Shown here one piece after another: positions 1-12,877 of a stretch of DNA of 64,000 nt (position 1 is its first letter; each line of letters opens with the position of its first letter). Source of the DNA: Takakia lepidozioides (lineage: Eukaryota; Plantae; Bryophyta); assembly GCA_030704615.1 (NCBI GenBank), contig CM060732.1:47182001-47246000 (forward strand). Reading direction: 5' to 3'. Position numbers and translations under genes: made by a program. The notes under the pieces were generated by a model. That model saw only the letters and a list, made by a program, of their open reading frames with translations, had not been told where the DNA came from and did no database searches.

Positions 1-2296
1 ATCTTCTCAAAAAGAGAGATTCCAAGACGGTGTGTAGTTGCACAGCATCCGGTGTCACCCACTGGAATCTTTCCATGCACAGATGGCTCCATGCTCTCAT
101 CAAAGAGCTTGGCCACACATTTCATGCTGGTAACCTTCAAGATAAGAAGTCAAGTTTCCTGGAGTGAAGATTGCTAGGAATCTGCCGACCCTATTCCATC
201 TGACCAATGTTCTCGTTCTTCCTGATCATTTTAGTGATGTATTCAAAGACAACTCCCCTTGAGGAGAGCTGTAACCGCCATTACTAGGACTCCACAACCA
301 GAGTCTAAAACTGGGTTGTAGAAAGTCAAGGACTTCAAAAGTGAAGAAATGGATGGTGGGCAGTGAGGATCCCCGCAAATTTTTCAAAAGTTTGTTCAAC
401 ATGTGACCACGCAATATTAGAAATTAATAATCCAGAAATCAATTTGTACTCAAAAAACAAATGATTGTAGTAACATGGGATCAGCTTCCAACATTGATGG
501 ATTTTTTTCTCTCTTTTTTTGGTATACCAAAACAGGGGAAGAAGCCCTGCAAATGACTCATGGACTTGGAGAGTAAGAAATTGAGGTTTTCAAAGGAGAT
601 AACATGTTAGAGTGAAATATGTATGTACTCTTGAAATCAAGGTTTAAGTTGAATCTTTATTCAAAAGGCACTGTTGGGAATGACACCTTCATCAAGAAAG
701 GTCAAGAAGTATCTGGTATGTACTATAGGTGTTGCATAAAAACTGTTGGAAGAACTGCTTGGATCGCAATCTTGGTCATGACAGCAATACCTTTAGACTT
801 ATGATCTTGAGGGAGGAACTTGTGAGTGATTTCTCAGCTCCCCTTATCAAAATTTCTATGAGCACACCTTCTGATACATCAAGCTCTCACTCGAGAGTCT
901 AGCTAGCTGAAATGTTCACTGTAGACCTGTTCTCATCTACATTCATGTCAAATGCAAGGTCTAATCGGTCCAAGGTATATCGTGCACCATTGGTTTTTAT
1001 AAATCGTGGTGTTGTTTCTCTCTTAAACCCATGAACTCACATCCCGCGCAACAGCTTACAGCTAGTAGGTACACTTGAAGGAACTGTATGTCCTGCACAT
1101 GTATAGCCATATAACGATAACTCAGTTGTAGTTGGATGGAAGCCTGGTGAAGTAGCATGAGTATCATCAAAAGATCAAGTGCAAGCTTAAAAGCCACACA
1201 TATTATAATTATAATTTAGCTTTGGACATTATCTAGAAGTAATTGACAAGGCCCAAGTTTTGCTAGTCAAATTGGAATTGCTACGAGAGATTCACTAACT
1301 TAATGTGTGTGCCATGGACTCACAAAAAGCTAGATAAAGGTTTGACAGAAATGTTTTGGACAAAGAAAACCCACCATCACACTTAGAGCCTCCGGGGGAC
1401 GGTGCGATTGCATTGCTTGAGAAGTATGAGAGCTAAAGTTGACTCCCCAAACGCTAGCGTAGGACGTGATAACAAAGCACAAACATGAGGCATCTGTTAT
1501 CATAACGGCCGCACAACATGCATTTGTGGGCGCGGGGGTGACGTGCCTAATATTGCAGGAAGACAAGGCAAGGCGTCACTACAATCCGCTACATGCGCCG
1601 AGGCCACCATAGCCAGCAACAGCAACAAGTTGGTCAGCCCAAGCTCAACTATCATCTTCATTGAAGGCATGACAAAGAGGACAGAAACACGAAAGAGAAG
1701 GACTGGCATGGAGGCGATGAGAACACCGAGGGCAAGTCGAAGAACGCAAGGCAAAAAGAGAGAGAGCCAGAAGATGATCTGGAGAAGAGACTAGATGGAT
1801 AATACTAGTCTAGATCTGCGTGGCTGCGTTTATATAGGGGCATCGAGACGTAGGACTTTATATGTACCCCTACGAGCTCTTCTCGCTGCCACATGTCAGC
1901 GGTCGTTCCGTGTAGGGTGGGCAACCCATCCCTTGGCTCCATGGACCGCACAGTCAATGTCGAGGCTGCAGTTGCCACAACCGCCGGTCACAAGGGAGAG
2001 ATTGTTCTACACAATGGCGCTCTGCATGGTGGAATGTTCTGCATGACTTGCACTCTATAGGTGTTGGGCTGAGCAAGCATGTGAGTCATTGGATTGACAT
2101 GCCAAGTTGTAGCACATACCACCTCAGAAGTGGTTGTGGGTTCAATCCACCAATTGGTATCACAAAGTTGTCCACCCTCCCAGAGGGGGATGCAGTAACC
2201 CTTCAGGTTGAGAGTTGAAGAGAAACCATAATTTACGCTTCCTTCGGGAGGCGTCAGATATTAAATGTTATTATTATTATTAGGGGCATGGAACAC

Positions 2297-2581
2297 GGCG
2301 CACATTAGAAAAGGCCCGGGAGTTTAATGCGACCCCTTCGGTCCTGCCTGCGTGGCACCCCCCGCCACCCCAGCCGCACCCCCTTCCCCGGCTCCTGCGC
2401 GGCTCGCGGTCGCTGCGCCCTCTCGCCCCGCGCCACCCCACCCCTCACCACCCACACCACCCCCCATCCCCCTGCCCGCCCACCCTCCCCGCCGGCCGTC
2501 ACCACACCACATGAACTCTGTGGCACATGACACCTGTCACCACAACCCAACATCACACGCAGGACACATCGTGAGTCGAAA
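2297..2581. repeat. GC-rich putative transposon terminus, copy 1 (same sequence at 45479-45785)
   Basis: Starts GGCGCACATTAGAAAAGGCCCGGGAGTTTAAT and stays highly similar to 45479 onward for about 290 bp, in the same orientation, before the two diverge. Confidence 0.75.
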
Positions 2582-3849
2582 ACATGGATCCATACATGGC
2601 AGATGACACATACATGATGGTCACGAAAGTAACATGATGACCATCACGAAAGTCACATGATGACCATCTACTTCTAGGATTTAGGATGGATGTATGTAGG
2701 TACGGATGGATGAGACCAGGAAGTATGTGTAATGAGAGGCAACCTCCAATCGTCACCTTCCTTTCATGGTCCTCTCAAACTGTTCTGACCACGAAAGCAC
2801 AACGTGCAGCCAGTACCAGCCGTGCCTCAAGTCCCTGAATTGCGCCACGATATGTTTGTTGCCGAGAATGAAGAAAACATTGCATCCCATCTTGTTTTGC
2901 TGCTTTGAAACCAAGTTCAAATGCCCAGTGTAGGTGCTTTTTAACCATCATGTACTGCAGTGACGTTTCCAATGGCATGGCAGGCCTCGGGGAATGCTTG
3001 CGCGTGAGCCTGGCCGCGTGAGCCTGTGAGCCTGTGAGCCTGGCTAGGCTCACGCCACGTCAGCAAGCATCCACGTGTTCAGGCCCTAATTCCGTGCTTA
3101 CCCCCCCCCCCCCCCCTATTACCGCGGATCAGCTGTCGCCTATGTCCTAATTTTTTATCCCTCTTCATGGCCCCCACATGAATATTCTTTGTGGCCGAGA
3201 ACAATGGCAGGTTTGCGGATGAATTATGATTGAGGTCATGACTTTGGAATGAGGAGATCGTCCACTAGAGAACTGAATATTAAAAGCAAACATTTTTTTT
3301 GGGCAAAGCAGTACATTCATTCCAACACACAAACATTTTTCAATTCCGCAATCCGAAGACCTATCCTAGGCAATCCCTAACTGTACTTACGGGAACGCGC
3401 AAAGAACTTGAAAAACAGTTTGGAGATGGAAGCAAAACCAAAACACAATTTATTGAGCCTCGGTACTTGAACCTAAAGAAATATTGGAGGTTTCAGAGGA
3501 ACCACTCCCAGAGTTTACAGCAATATCATCTATGAATATAGCAGCACATCCATGACGTTTTTTTTTTCCACGACCTTATGGAGATGCGAATACAGTGTTT
3601 GTTCGGATAACACCCGTGCGCAAGCTTCCGCGTAAACCGGCAAGCGGTTGGATCTAGGGGGGCTCGGGGATATGTAGTATCCTTGGAAACCGAAAGGTGT
3701 CTGCTGATTCGATGACTGGTGCTGAACTCTGCAAAGCAAGAAGAGGAATGGTGGTAGATGTTAACATCCAGATATAGACAACGAAAGCCACTATTTCTCG
3801 AATGGGAACGACACAAGGAAATGCAACATATTTTGCACGACTACACAAG

Positions 3850-6800
3850 AACTTACTCACACTCAAAATCGGAGTCCACGTCCAGATCCTCGTCAGGCGC
3901 TCGGGCTCCTCCAGAAGTCCCTCTGTGGATGGGGCAGAAGTAGTGCCCGACTCAAGCTGACGAAGCTCACTTGAGAAGAGCTTTGTATCAGCTTCCATGC
4001 CGAAGAAGTGCCTTCCGGCGCTCTTGCAAGCATGAAAACATGCTCCTGCAAATCCAAGAAGAACGAGAAATAAAAACAGGGTTTCCCTAAGGTCACTGCC
4101 CATATGTCAAACACAATGTGAAGGGCCCCACCTGTGCCCATAGACAAGTCAACCACTCGTCCACCATGACGGCTGCATGTCTCCACCAAAGTCTGCATGA
4201 AAGCTGGAGATTTCTCCCGTGCACCTCTCCAAGGGACACCAATCGACCTTTTCATAGTCCGACCCGAGTCGACGTAATTGAAGATAACATCATCCTCCAC
4301 AGGCTCGCAGGTGGGGTCAATGTGAGCTGCAAGGTCCCTCAACTGAAACTCAGCAACACCAGCAGGAAGAGTGTCCTTCCGCCTCACCAGGCACAAAGCT
4401 TCGAACACCCGTGTCTGTCAATAATCACGAAGAGAGAATGAGACAGAAGACATAACCCACCATTTTGATTTACCGAAAAACCACGAAACATCAATTGAAA
4501 GGAACCAACTCACTTTCTGCCTCGGGAACTCGCCCTTCGTAAGAGGCAGAGTATTGATGCATGTCCAAGTTTTGATGACACGAAACCCGGAAGCTTTCAT
4601 GTAGCTGAAAAGAGTTCTTCGAGCCGACATGTCCTTTGACTGCATGAGAAGAAGAGCCCCCGAGTCCGAAAGGAACTTGTTGCTGAACGAGAAAGCCCAC
4701 TGCCAGTAACGAGAATCCGATTTGTTCCAAGTCGGGGTCGAATTGGAAGGAAACACATCAGGGACAGGAAGACCGTCAGGAATGTCCAGCACCACAAGGT
4801 CAGTCGCGTATGCCTGCTGAACTCCATTCACCCATTCCGGACTTTTTGTGACCTACAGCCAAAAACATGAGACAGTGTAAGAAGCCCAATCCAAATCTAA
4901 CAGGAGATCAATCCCCTGGACAAGCCACAACAAGCTGCCAAAACACAATTATTCATACAACAGTTTAGACATAAGTGTTCACCTGAGTGAGGAACGAAAC
5001 AAGCATGTCCCATGATTTCGAGGGCACCCCTTTGAATGTGGACTTCCTGGACTCCATCATTGCAAGAAAACTTTCATTCAGCACCTTACGATTGAACTGG
5101 CCCAAAACCCTGGAGGGATGTTCTCTCGCCTCGAAAACTTGCTCCCTCGACTTTGATGTTCTCCTATCCCTCCTTGCGGGAGAAGGCTGTCTTTCAGGAA
5201 CCTCTGATGGTCCCTGTCCTTCTTTTGCAGCCAGAGCCGAAATGATTCTGTCCTGGATGTCTTTGTCAGCCAATGGGGCAATCGTTGCGGCATTGTCGTT
5301 CAGGTTTCTCAAAACAACTTCATCGAATGGAGTGTCCTGTTTTGGCAGGTCGAGGTACCACCCACAGTCTCGGAAGTGCGCCCTACTCCAGTCTTTGGCA
5401 ATACCAGCCGTGTACATTGTCTTGTCATTGGAGGGGTCAGCCCATGAATAGATGAAGTCTGGGTCATCGCTAAGGTACTTTCCCGGTATGAGGATATGAT
5501 ACATATACCTGAATCACACACAAAAAACCCAGACAGTCATTCGATCAGAAAACGAAAAAGAACACACATCCGGAAAAAGATATTGAAATGCAGGAAGGCA
5601 ACACTGAGAATTCTACTTTTGAAATCCCGAATCAACCTTGTGTTGACGCAATGTTCATTTGAGCAGAAATGGGGAACACCAAATGATAATGTTGTATTGA
5701 TAGAGACAACGACTGAGAAGCGCAATTCAACATTGCTTCAACGCAAGGTTGTTTTCATTCAGAGAGGAAATGGAAAACACTGCCTGAAAACTACCATCTG
5801 ACTATGTACTGGTGCGGATATTCAACATTGCGTTGGCACAATGTTGAAATCCTCTGTTGAAACACATGTCAATGTTATCTGATAATCATAAGTTTCCTAC
5901 AATTGTATTGAAATCGGGGGATGGCTGCGGGAAATTTCCAGCAATCCATACCGCCAAACAACCTTGCGTCAACGCAAGTCTGTTTGTTGGTACAGTGAAA
6001 GTTGTAAATAGCATTTCAAACCGACTCCAAACACTCTTATGTTCATCTTGGCAGCATTGGAACTGGATTTGAACTGCCCAAAACCATAGGAAAAGCTACA
6101 TAGCCTGCCACTTCATCAACCTTGCGTTGACGCAAGGCTGATTTTCCTGTCAGTTTATCCCCTTTCACATTCAAAAAAACGGCATTATGGGATACCCAGG
6201 TATAGGTAAGTGAAACCAAGACAATGGGAAACAACCTTGCGTTAACGCAATGTTGCTCGACTGCACATGCAGAGCCCTCAGAGATCTCGCAAAGCACTGC
6301 AAATTCGGAATTCTTTATGGAAAGAACGACACAAGATTGCAGAAACATGCCCTTCAAGCACCAATTTTGATTCAAGGAGGTCACACCTGTACAACACTCG
6401 CTTCATTGCTTGCTCGCTGTTGTACTGGTTTTTGAATTCGTAAGACCTGGAGATTCCTTTCTCTTTCTCAAACTCCCTGAAGAAGCAGTTGTTCCAGACA
6501 ACGAGCTTCCATCTCCTGATATAGGCCTCCAATGTGATCCGGGGGCAAGCCATCTGGATTTTGTAGTCTGCCATCGACTCAGCAAGTGCAGCCACTGCAC
6601 GTTTTTCTAACTGCAACAAGAAAGCTCGTAAGAATTTGGGAGAGGTTACGGAGCAACACAAATGTCTGAAAATGGTTTGGTTCAAACCTTACCTGGCTCC
6701 AGAATGTGGCTTTGTGTAGCCACTGGTCGAATGTGTGGTCGCTAACAACTCTTATTGCTTGTGTCTTCGGGTCCCTCTCTGGAGTTGGGAACATGTTCGT

Positions 6801-7390
6801 GTCTCTCACAAGAGGATCCAAATTCCATATCTCCAACCACTTGATTTTGGTTGCATTGTCCACCATTGAAATGGAAAGGCGATGTAGTTTCTCTTGAGTC
6901 ATTTCTGGCTTGGAGCCATACTTGTCATAGTGTGCTTTCACCTGCTCCAGAAATTCCGTGCCAAGACCTGGGTCTGCTATCAGGATCTGTTTGTCGAATG
7001 CACTCATGAGGTTCTTCCTTTGATTTTTCATCTCGAACTTCATCATGTCCTCAAGCCCAGTTGCAGACCGCTGCTCTTCTGTGTGGGAATCATAGTACTC
7101 TGCTTTCGCCTTCAATCCAGTTTCTGCTATTTCTTGCTGCATACATAACAGGTAAAAAGAATCAAACACTGGAATTTCTTCACAAAATTTGCAGTAACAA
7201 CAGGCAAACAGGTGTCAAAAAGCTTACAGTGTACATGTACTCAAGAAAAGCCTCCCTTGTCAAGCTGTACCATGTGCTTGTCTTCTTCTCAGCACACCTC
7301 TTCATCTGCTGAGGACTGAGCACGTTCGTGAATGACTCCAGTGGCATCAGCCCTACCTTCTGGATGCGGAATAGAGTGTGGCACAAATAG
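3850..7390 (-). pseudogene. 3' half of a spliced ParB-amino-methyltransferase gene; C-terminal beta-class N4C/N6A DNA methyltransferase-like domain
   Basis: Exons separated by GT..AG introns (ORFs 7180-7437, 6579-7169, 6278-6685, 4965-5504, 4418-4831, 3893-4408, 3654-4103). A motif IV-like 'DLVVLDIPDG' precedes motif X/I-like 'REKSPAFMQTLVETCSRHGGRVVDLSMGTG' and 'ACKSAGRHFFGMEAD', the beta-class order. The 5' end is cut at ~7390; the 3' end is approximate. Confidence 0.75.
5634..6254. repeat. Cluster 1 of 22-bp palindromes (6 copies) in an intron of the methyltransferase half
   Basis: Copies start at 5634, 5729, 5824, 5960, 6118 and 6233, e.g. AACCTTGCGTTGACGCAAGGCT and AACCTTGCGTTAACGCAATGTT. 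Confidence 0.9.
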
Positions 7391-10277
7391 CATTGAAACA
7401 ACGATGTGAATGTCTCATAGGGAAAAACAAGTGGCAAACATGGACACGTATTTACGACCTCTAGTTGATGAACCTAAGAAGCTATGGAGGGGGGTCCCGG
7501 CATTGGATGCTTTACTTGACCTTATGGCCGGACAATCTTTTCAGATGAGAGGCATATTGCTTTGGACAATGCATGATTATTCAGGTATATTATGTTTCCC
7601 ATGAAGATTCCACGTACATTTACTTGTCAAGGCCGGATAGTCTCGTCAAGACGACAGTCTTGTCCACCGTAGTGGGATAGATGGCACTATGGGCCATGTA
7701 CATGAGAACTTCTTGTCTTGGCTAATGTAGCGGGATGTGTACAGGAATAATTGTTTGCTCGAGGCTAAGCACCAAAGGGTACCATGCGTGCTTGCATTGT
7801 GGCGATGATCTTGATGCACATAGCTCCCGCCATCTTCGCAAGATGGTGTATCCCAACTACCGCAAATTTTTTCTTATGAACCATCGATGGATAAGAAGAG
7901 AGAAACACTTATTTGATGGCAAAGAGGAGGTACATTCCCCCCCCTGTGACACCATCCGGGCAGTTTTGGGAAGACCGATGGAAGGAGGCCCATGCGGGCA
8001 CGGTCGGTGAAGTGAACGTGCCTGGCATGAAGCGACTTTCAATCTTCTACGAGTTGTCATATTGGGTGGTACGTATTCCACAAAAACACCGTCAATATCC
8101 ATATACATGCATGTGATATTGTACATTTGGTATGCATTGCATTGTCACTTTCACGTCAAAAATTTGCGTAAGTATTTGTGGGTGGGGATATATGTATGAC
8201 CTGAAGATTTGCCATCTTCTAGATCCCATGCATATTGAGAAGAATGTTTTTCAGGTTCTTCATGGCACGCCGGCAAAGAAGGGAGTGGTTGCAAAAGGAG
8301 ATTCTCTCGGTGTTAGAAATGAGCCTAAGGAGCAGGGTCGCATGCGCCATCTATGGGCCGAACAAAATGGTGTGGACCCAAAGGGTGTTGTACGGTGGAA
8401 GTATAGGCGCGCACCTTGGCAATGGATAAAGGAGGAATACAAGAATATGATAGCCACCATAGGTGTTGTCCGAACACCAATTGGTTATGGGTCATCCCTC
8501 TGTATGAAGTTCAACGAAGACGGGGTCCATGGTTTGAAGTCTCATGACTACCACAATATTTTTCAAGACATCTTACCCATTGCAGTACGTGGGACATTGA
8601 TGCCCGACAATCTACAGATTGGGAGGCTTGTTCCGGTGGATTTGCTCCAAAGAGCTAGATGAAGCGGATTTTCCACGCATGAAGAAGGAGGCGGCGGAGG
8701 TAATGTGTATGTTGGAGATGAACCTTCCTCCCTTCTTCTTTGACATCCAAGTGCACTTGGTAGTGTACTTAGTGGAAGAGGCTTCGATTGCCGGCCCCGT
8801 TCATTCTCGGTGGATGTACTTCCTTGAGCGTTACATGAAGACTTTAAAAGCATTTGTAAGACAAATGACGCACCCGGAGGGTAGCATGGCGGAGGGGTAT
8901 ACATTGCTAGAATCTATGTTCTATTGCATGGAGTACATGGCAAGGGTGGATAAGGAAGCCCCTTGGATGTGGAGGGAAGAGGAGGATGCACGAACCAAGG
9001 ACATCGTTTTGCCCAAAAAATCGAAGAGGGTAAAATTGCCGACCTTGGTTATTGAGCAAGTGCATGACTTCATACTGAAGCATGCCCCATCCATACATAA
9101 GTGGGAGGCAAGATACAATAACCTTGTTCAACAACAAGATGAGGAGACGCTTGCATGGAGGCGGAACCATCCAAGGCCGGTTACTAGACGCCGTCGACGA
9201 GGAGCGGGCCGCCGGAATGTTCCTTCACAAGATTTGTCCGAGAAATTAAAGCCTCTAAGTTCATTCCAATAGTGGCTTCATGATGGTGATTGGTTATAAC
9301 TGCTAATGGAAGAGATGTAGACTTGGCAGTAGATATTTAAACGTTTCGATTATAACTTACCAATCTGACACCAGATAACCTTTGTAAATCCTATCGAACT
9401 CTCCCTTCGAATTCGCATCGTCGATGCTTCCATACATGTCCATGAAGGTAATATTCCAAATTTCTTCAAGTAGATGCAGTTCTCGCCTATGATATGATCA
9501 CCATGCTATCCTGCAATCACCGCATTTGAAGACACGACCCGTCGTTCAGCCATATTGTCGCACATTCCCTCTCTGCAAACTCCACATTCCAAATGGCATC
9601 CTCTACAGACTCTCACTTTACAGACTCAATGACGAATGCGACTTACTACTCTACAGTAACTACAAAATGCTTGAGCTATATCAAACCAATAGGAAACTAA
9701 CACATGTACTAAGTAGATAGGATTTTGGCAAACATGGATGGATGAGCTCATCCAATGGATGGATCCATTCATGTATATTCAAAATGACACGTGTACTAAT
9801 AAAGTCATATAAATGCCTTTAAAATGTCATGTGTAGTGATGTAGTCATATATATAGAGTCATGAATCAATCTACAGTCAAACAGTCATAAGTTTACATGC
9901 CATGTCATGCTGTGGATGAACTCGTCCAATGGATGAATACATTCGTGTATTTGCCTTCGAAATGACACGTGTAGCGATGTAGTCGTATAATTAGAGTTGT
10001 GAAACCATCTCCAGTCATGGAGTCATAACATTCCATGAAACGTCGTCCACGTGTAGTCAAACATATCACACTAGTCATATAAACCATCCCTGTCATTGTG
10101 GTCAACAATGTTTGACCAAAGCATCCTAACTTTCCGGAGTCATGTAGTGATATCCGGCGTCATGTAGTGATAAAACTATGACTGCAACGCATTTCAGTGC
10201 TCTGTAGTCATCTACCTAGTGCAGTTTTTATGACTCCGCCAAAGCTGTAGTCCTAAAAACGCTCATCTCTTGTAGTG
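7391..10277 (+). mobile_element. 5'-truncated CACTA (En/Spm) element with a degenerate TnpD-type transposase and intact right end
   Basis: Transposase motifs 'NMDTYLRPLVDE', 'LLWTMHDY', 'HLLDPMHIEKNV', 'GLKSHDYH', 'LPPFFFDIQVHL..GPVHSRWMYFLERYMKTLK..PEGSMAEGY', with frameshifts. Subterminal GTAGTCAT-like repeats; ends in TCTTGTAGTG (reverse complement CACTACAAGA) at 10268-10277. Confidence 0.9.
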
Positions 10278-10374
10278 TCAGCATACACCCCATGGAAATG
10301 ACAGACCTGAAGTTCAGAACCAGGAGAAAGACATGATCCATGAGACCTCCATATGCTGGCTTATCTGAAGTCCT

Positions 10375-12227
10375 TCAGCCGGTGTACAACCTCTTCTTGG
10401 TCCTGGAATCTTGGGGCACGGGTAGGTAATTTCCCGAGTAGCCATGCCTCTCCAAAAAGTCTTTGTAGCGCGCAAGTGACTTTCCATTCCCATCATCAAC
10501 AGCAGTCATAACTGGCTCCCCAGCAGGGTACTGAAGACCCTCCTCCATCATGGCAGTGAGGTCCAAAATCTTTCCTTTTGTAGCTCTCACCAAGGCAAGA
10601 AGGTGTTGCTGGAGAAATCTGTTGTCATCCGTCAGTTCAAGAATAGTTCTTTGAATACGGCCCATGCTTCACCTGCATCCCCAGAGGTCTCTTTTCTATC
10701 GTACATGATTTGTGCCAGGTCTTGTAAGATAGCCGCTCGCAATACTGGGTCTTTCACCTTTGCAACTGCATTCTTCTGCCAGGCTCGGCGAACATGCCAC
10801 AAGCACAAGAAAACAGCACAATCCCCCCAAACAGATATGTTCTCTTATCAGGTAGGTAAACTGAAATTCATGTGTAACCAAGACATCATGGTAGGCATAT
10901 TGCCTGAGTTCATGGATGTACCTAATGGCAGCAATTTCAGCATCAGCGTCATCCACAATAAATGCATTGGGACGCCAGTATACTTGCCGACTTGTCATTT
11001 GTTTGTTTAGTGCCTCCATCCAAGGCGTCAGATCGATGGTTTTGCACCTTGCAGTGATAATGTAAGCCACTAGAATACCATTCAGCCAGTCGTCGAATAC
11101 CATCATGGTATATAACGGGTACTGCAACAACAATCATGTGTAGCTGAAAGTGACTTGAAAGGAAATGGTTGCAAAACAGAGTACTTCACACGAAGAACGT
11201 AATTTGTCATGCTTTCAAGAAATTCGGGTTAACAATCTGACGAACCTTCTTTTCATTCATTCCAAAGGAGGTCGAGTTTTATGTCATTCAACGTCCAAGC
11301 AGGGTGATCAGACTCTTCCTGGTAGTAGAAAACGCTTCCTGGGTTTTCATGCACCCACATTCGGACACTTTGTGCATCATTGGAGTGCTTTTTGAATGTT
11401 TCTTCATCGCACTTGTTGGCAATATTTCGGATGTCATTTGAAAGAAGGAAGTGTCACGAGTAACCTCGAACCCCCCATCCATGATTTCCCTCACCCTCTG
11501 CGTGTGCTTGGCCATTATCTTGTTGATGCTTAGTCCGAGACGGAGGTTGTGTAATACCCATGATTTCATCTCATCGCTCAAGTGGGGAGCTAATGAAACG
11601 CGACCTACTTGATGCGCAGGTCCATGGCAGACCTGTCCAGCCCCATTCACATGTCTCTTTTCATAATAGACCAGCTCTGCAATATCAGGGTCCACATAGC
11701 ATTGCTTCACTACAAACCTGCACATGCATCCCCTCTTGATGCCTTCCCCTGATCTTGTTTGTGTGGTCCTCATTTGTTTTGGCTTTGCTTCAGTGGAAGC
11801 GGCCGTGGCTCTTGGCTTCCTCCCCTTCTTCTTTGCAGGCTTCACTTGGCGTTTCTTGTGTGCCATTGCAGGGGTAACCTCCAAGAGGGAACTAGTTCTG
11901 TCCTGTGGACCATATGAGCAGTGATACCGACAATAACAAAAAAACAATCCGTTACTATGACACCAAGGGGATTCAGGCAACATTCATGGAAATCATTCAG
12001 TAGCCCTTGCAACACATGACCTGCAGCCCAATGTACCTTGTTGTAGTCCTGGCACTGTTGCTGCGAGGAGCTAAGAGAGACCCCTCCGGATGGCATCTTT
12101 TCTTATACCTGCTGAAAGTGCATGGGCCATCTGAACGGGAAGACTCCCCTGTAATGAAATCAGCAACTCGATTCCAGGGAATGTAGGCGACTTCGGCAGA
12201 GTTTTGGCCATGAGGCTTGCGCAACAA
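10375..12227 (-). pseudogene. MULE-family transposase of the plant SWIM-zinc-finger type, fragmented with internal deletions
   Basis: 'VAYIPWNRVADFITGE', 'YHCSYGPQD', 'KRGCMCRFVVK..HVN..CHG..APHLSDEMK', and MULE core 'YPLYTMMVFD..FIVDDADAEIAAIR..CLWHVRRAW'; introns and frameshifts. Confidence 0.8.
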
Positions 12228-12463
12228 CGCTACCGCGTGAGCCTGGCGCGTGAGCGTGTGAGCGTACGCTCACACAATGATGACATGGCGTGAGCCTATG
12301 CTCACGCTGCTGACATGGCGCTGATGCTGACGTGGCATGAGCCTGGTCCAGGTCATGCCACGTCACCACAAAGAAGGTGGGCCTATAACCGTGGAGCCCC
12401 CAACTGCTGATTTCACCACATGAAGGTGAAACGGATGAAGGGGTTTGGGCTTTCCTGGAGTTC

Positions 12464-12695
12464 AACCTTCTGTTAACAGGAGCTTCATTTCGTAGAACTG
12501 AAATGAACCTCGTGTCGACACAAGGGGGATTTGGAGAACTTCAACAAAACCTCGTGTTAACACGAGGTTGTTTTCCTGGAACAAAAATGAACTTCGTGTT
12601 GACACGATGTTGTTTTCTGAGAACTAAAATCATCCTTGTGTCAACACAAGGAGGATTTGGAGAACTTCAAGTAAACCTCGTGTTGAGACGAGGTT
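12464..12695. repeat. Cluster 2: six 22-bp palindromes at an exact 42-bp period
   Basis: Copies start at 12464, 12506, 12548 (perfect AACCTCGTGTTAACACGAGGTT), 12590, 12632 and 12674; the 20-bp linkers are related to each other. Confidence 0.92.
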
Positions 12696-12877
12696 GATTT
12701 GATCATCTGTCTATCTGAAGGTAGTTTCTTGTGTTTGCTAATGAAAAGAGAATGACAAACCAATGCGACAAATGCATTGACCCACGCATAGCAAAGATGT
12801 TAGACGACATACATTGAGAGTCACTGGACTTGAACAGTCATTCCATTACAAGTTGTAGTCAAGGAAAACACAGATTT

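Noticed and set aside
1-1000. Possible decayed L1 reverse-transcriptase region on the minus strand
   Set aside because: Only vague similarity, with stops in every frame I tried; no diagnostic motif.
1300-2260. Possible solo LTR
   Set aside because: Composition is LTR-like, but I could not establish termini, a TSD or a second copy.
2297-2330. Helitron 3' end (CTRR) on the minus strand
   Set aside because: Similarity between the two copies continues past the CTAA, there is no convincing subterminal hairpin, and no Rep/helicase is in the window.
2305-2606. Pro/Gly-rich ORFs here and at 45488-45826
   Set aside because: They arise from the C-rich repeat terminus and show no domain signal.
12464-12695. 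CRISPR-like look (palindromic repeats with regular spacers)
   Set aside because: Spacers are only 20 bp and related to each other, there are no cas genes, and the context is a eukaryotic transposon.
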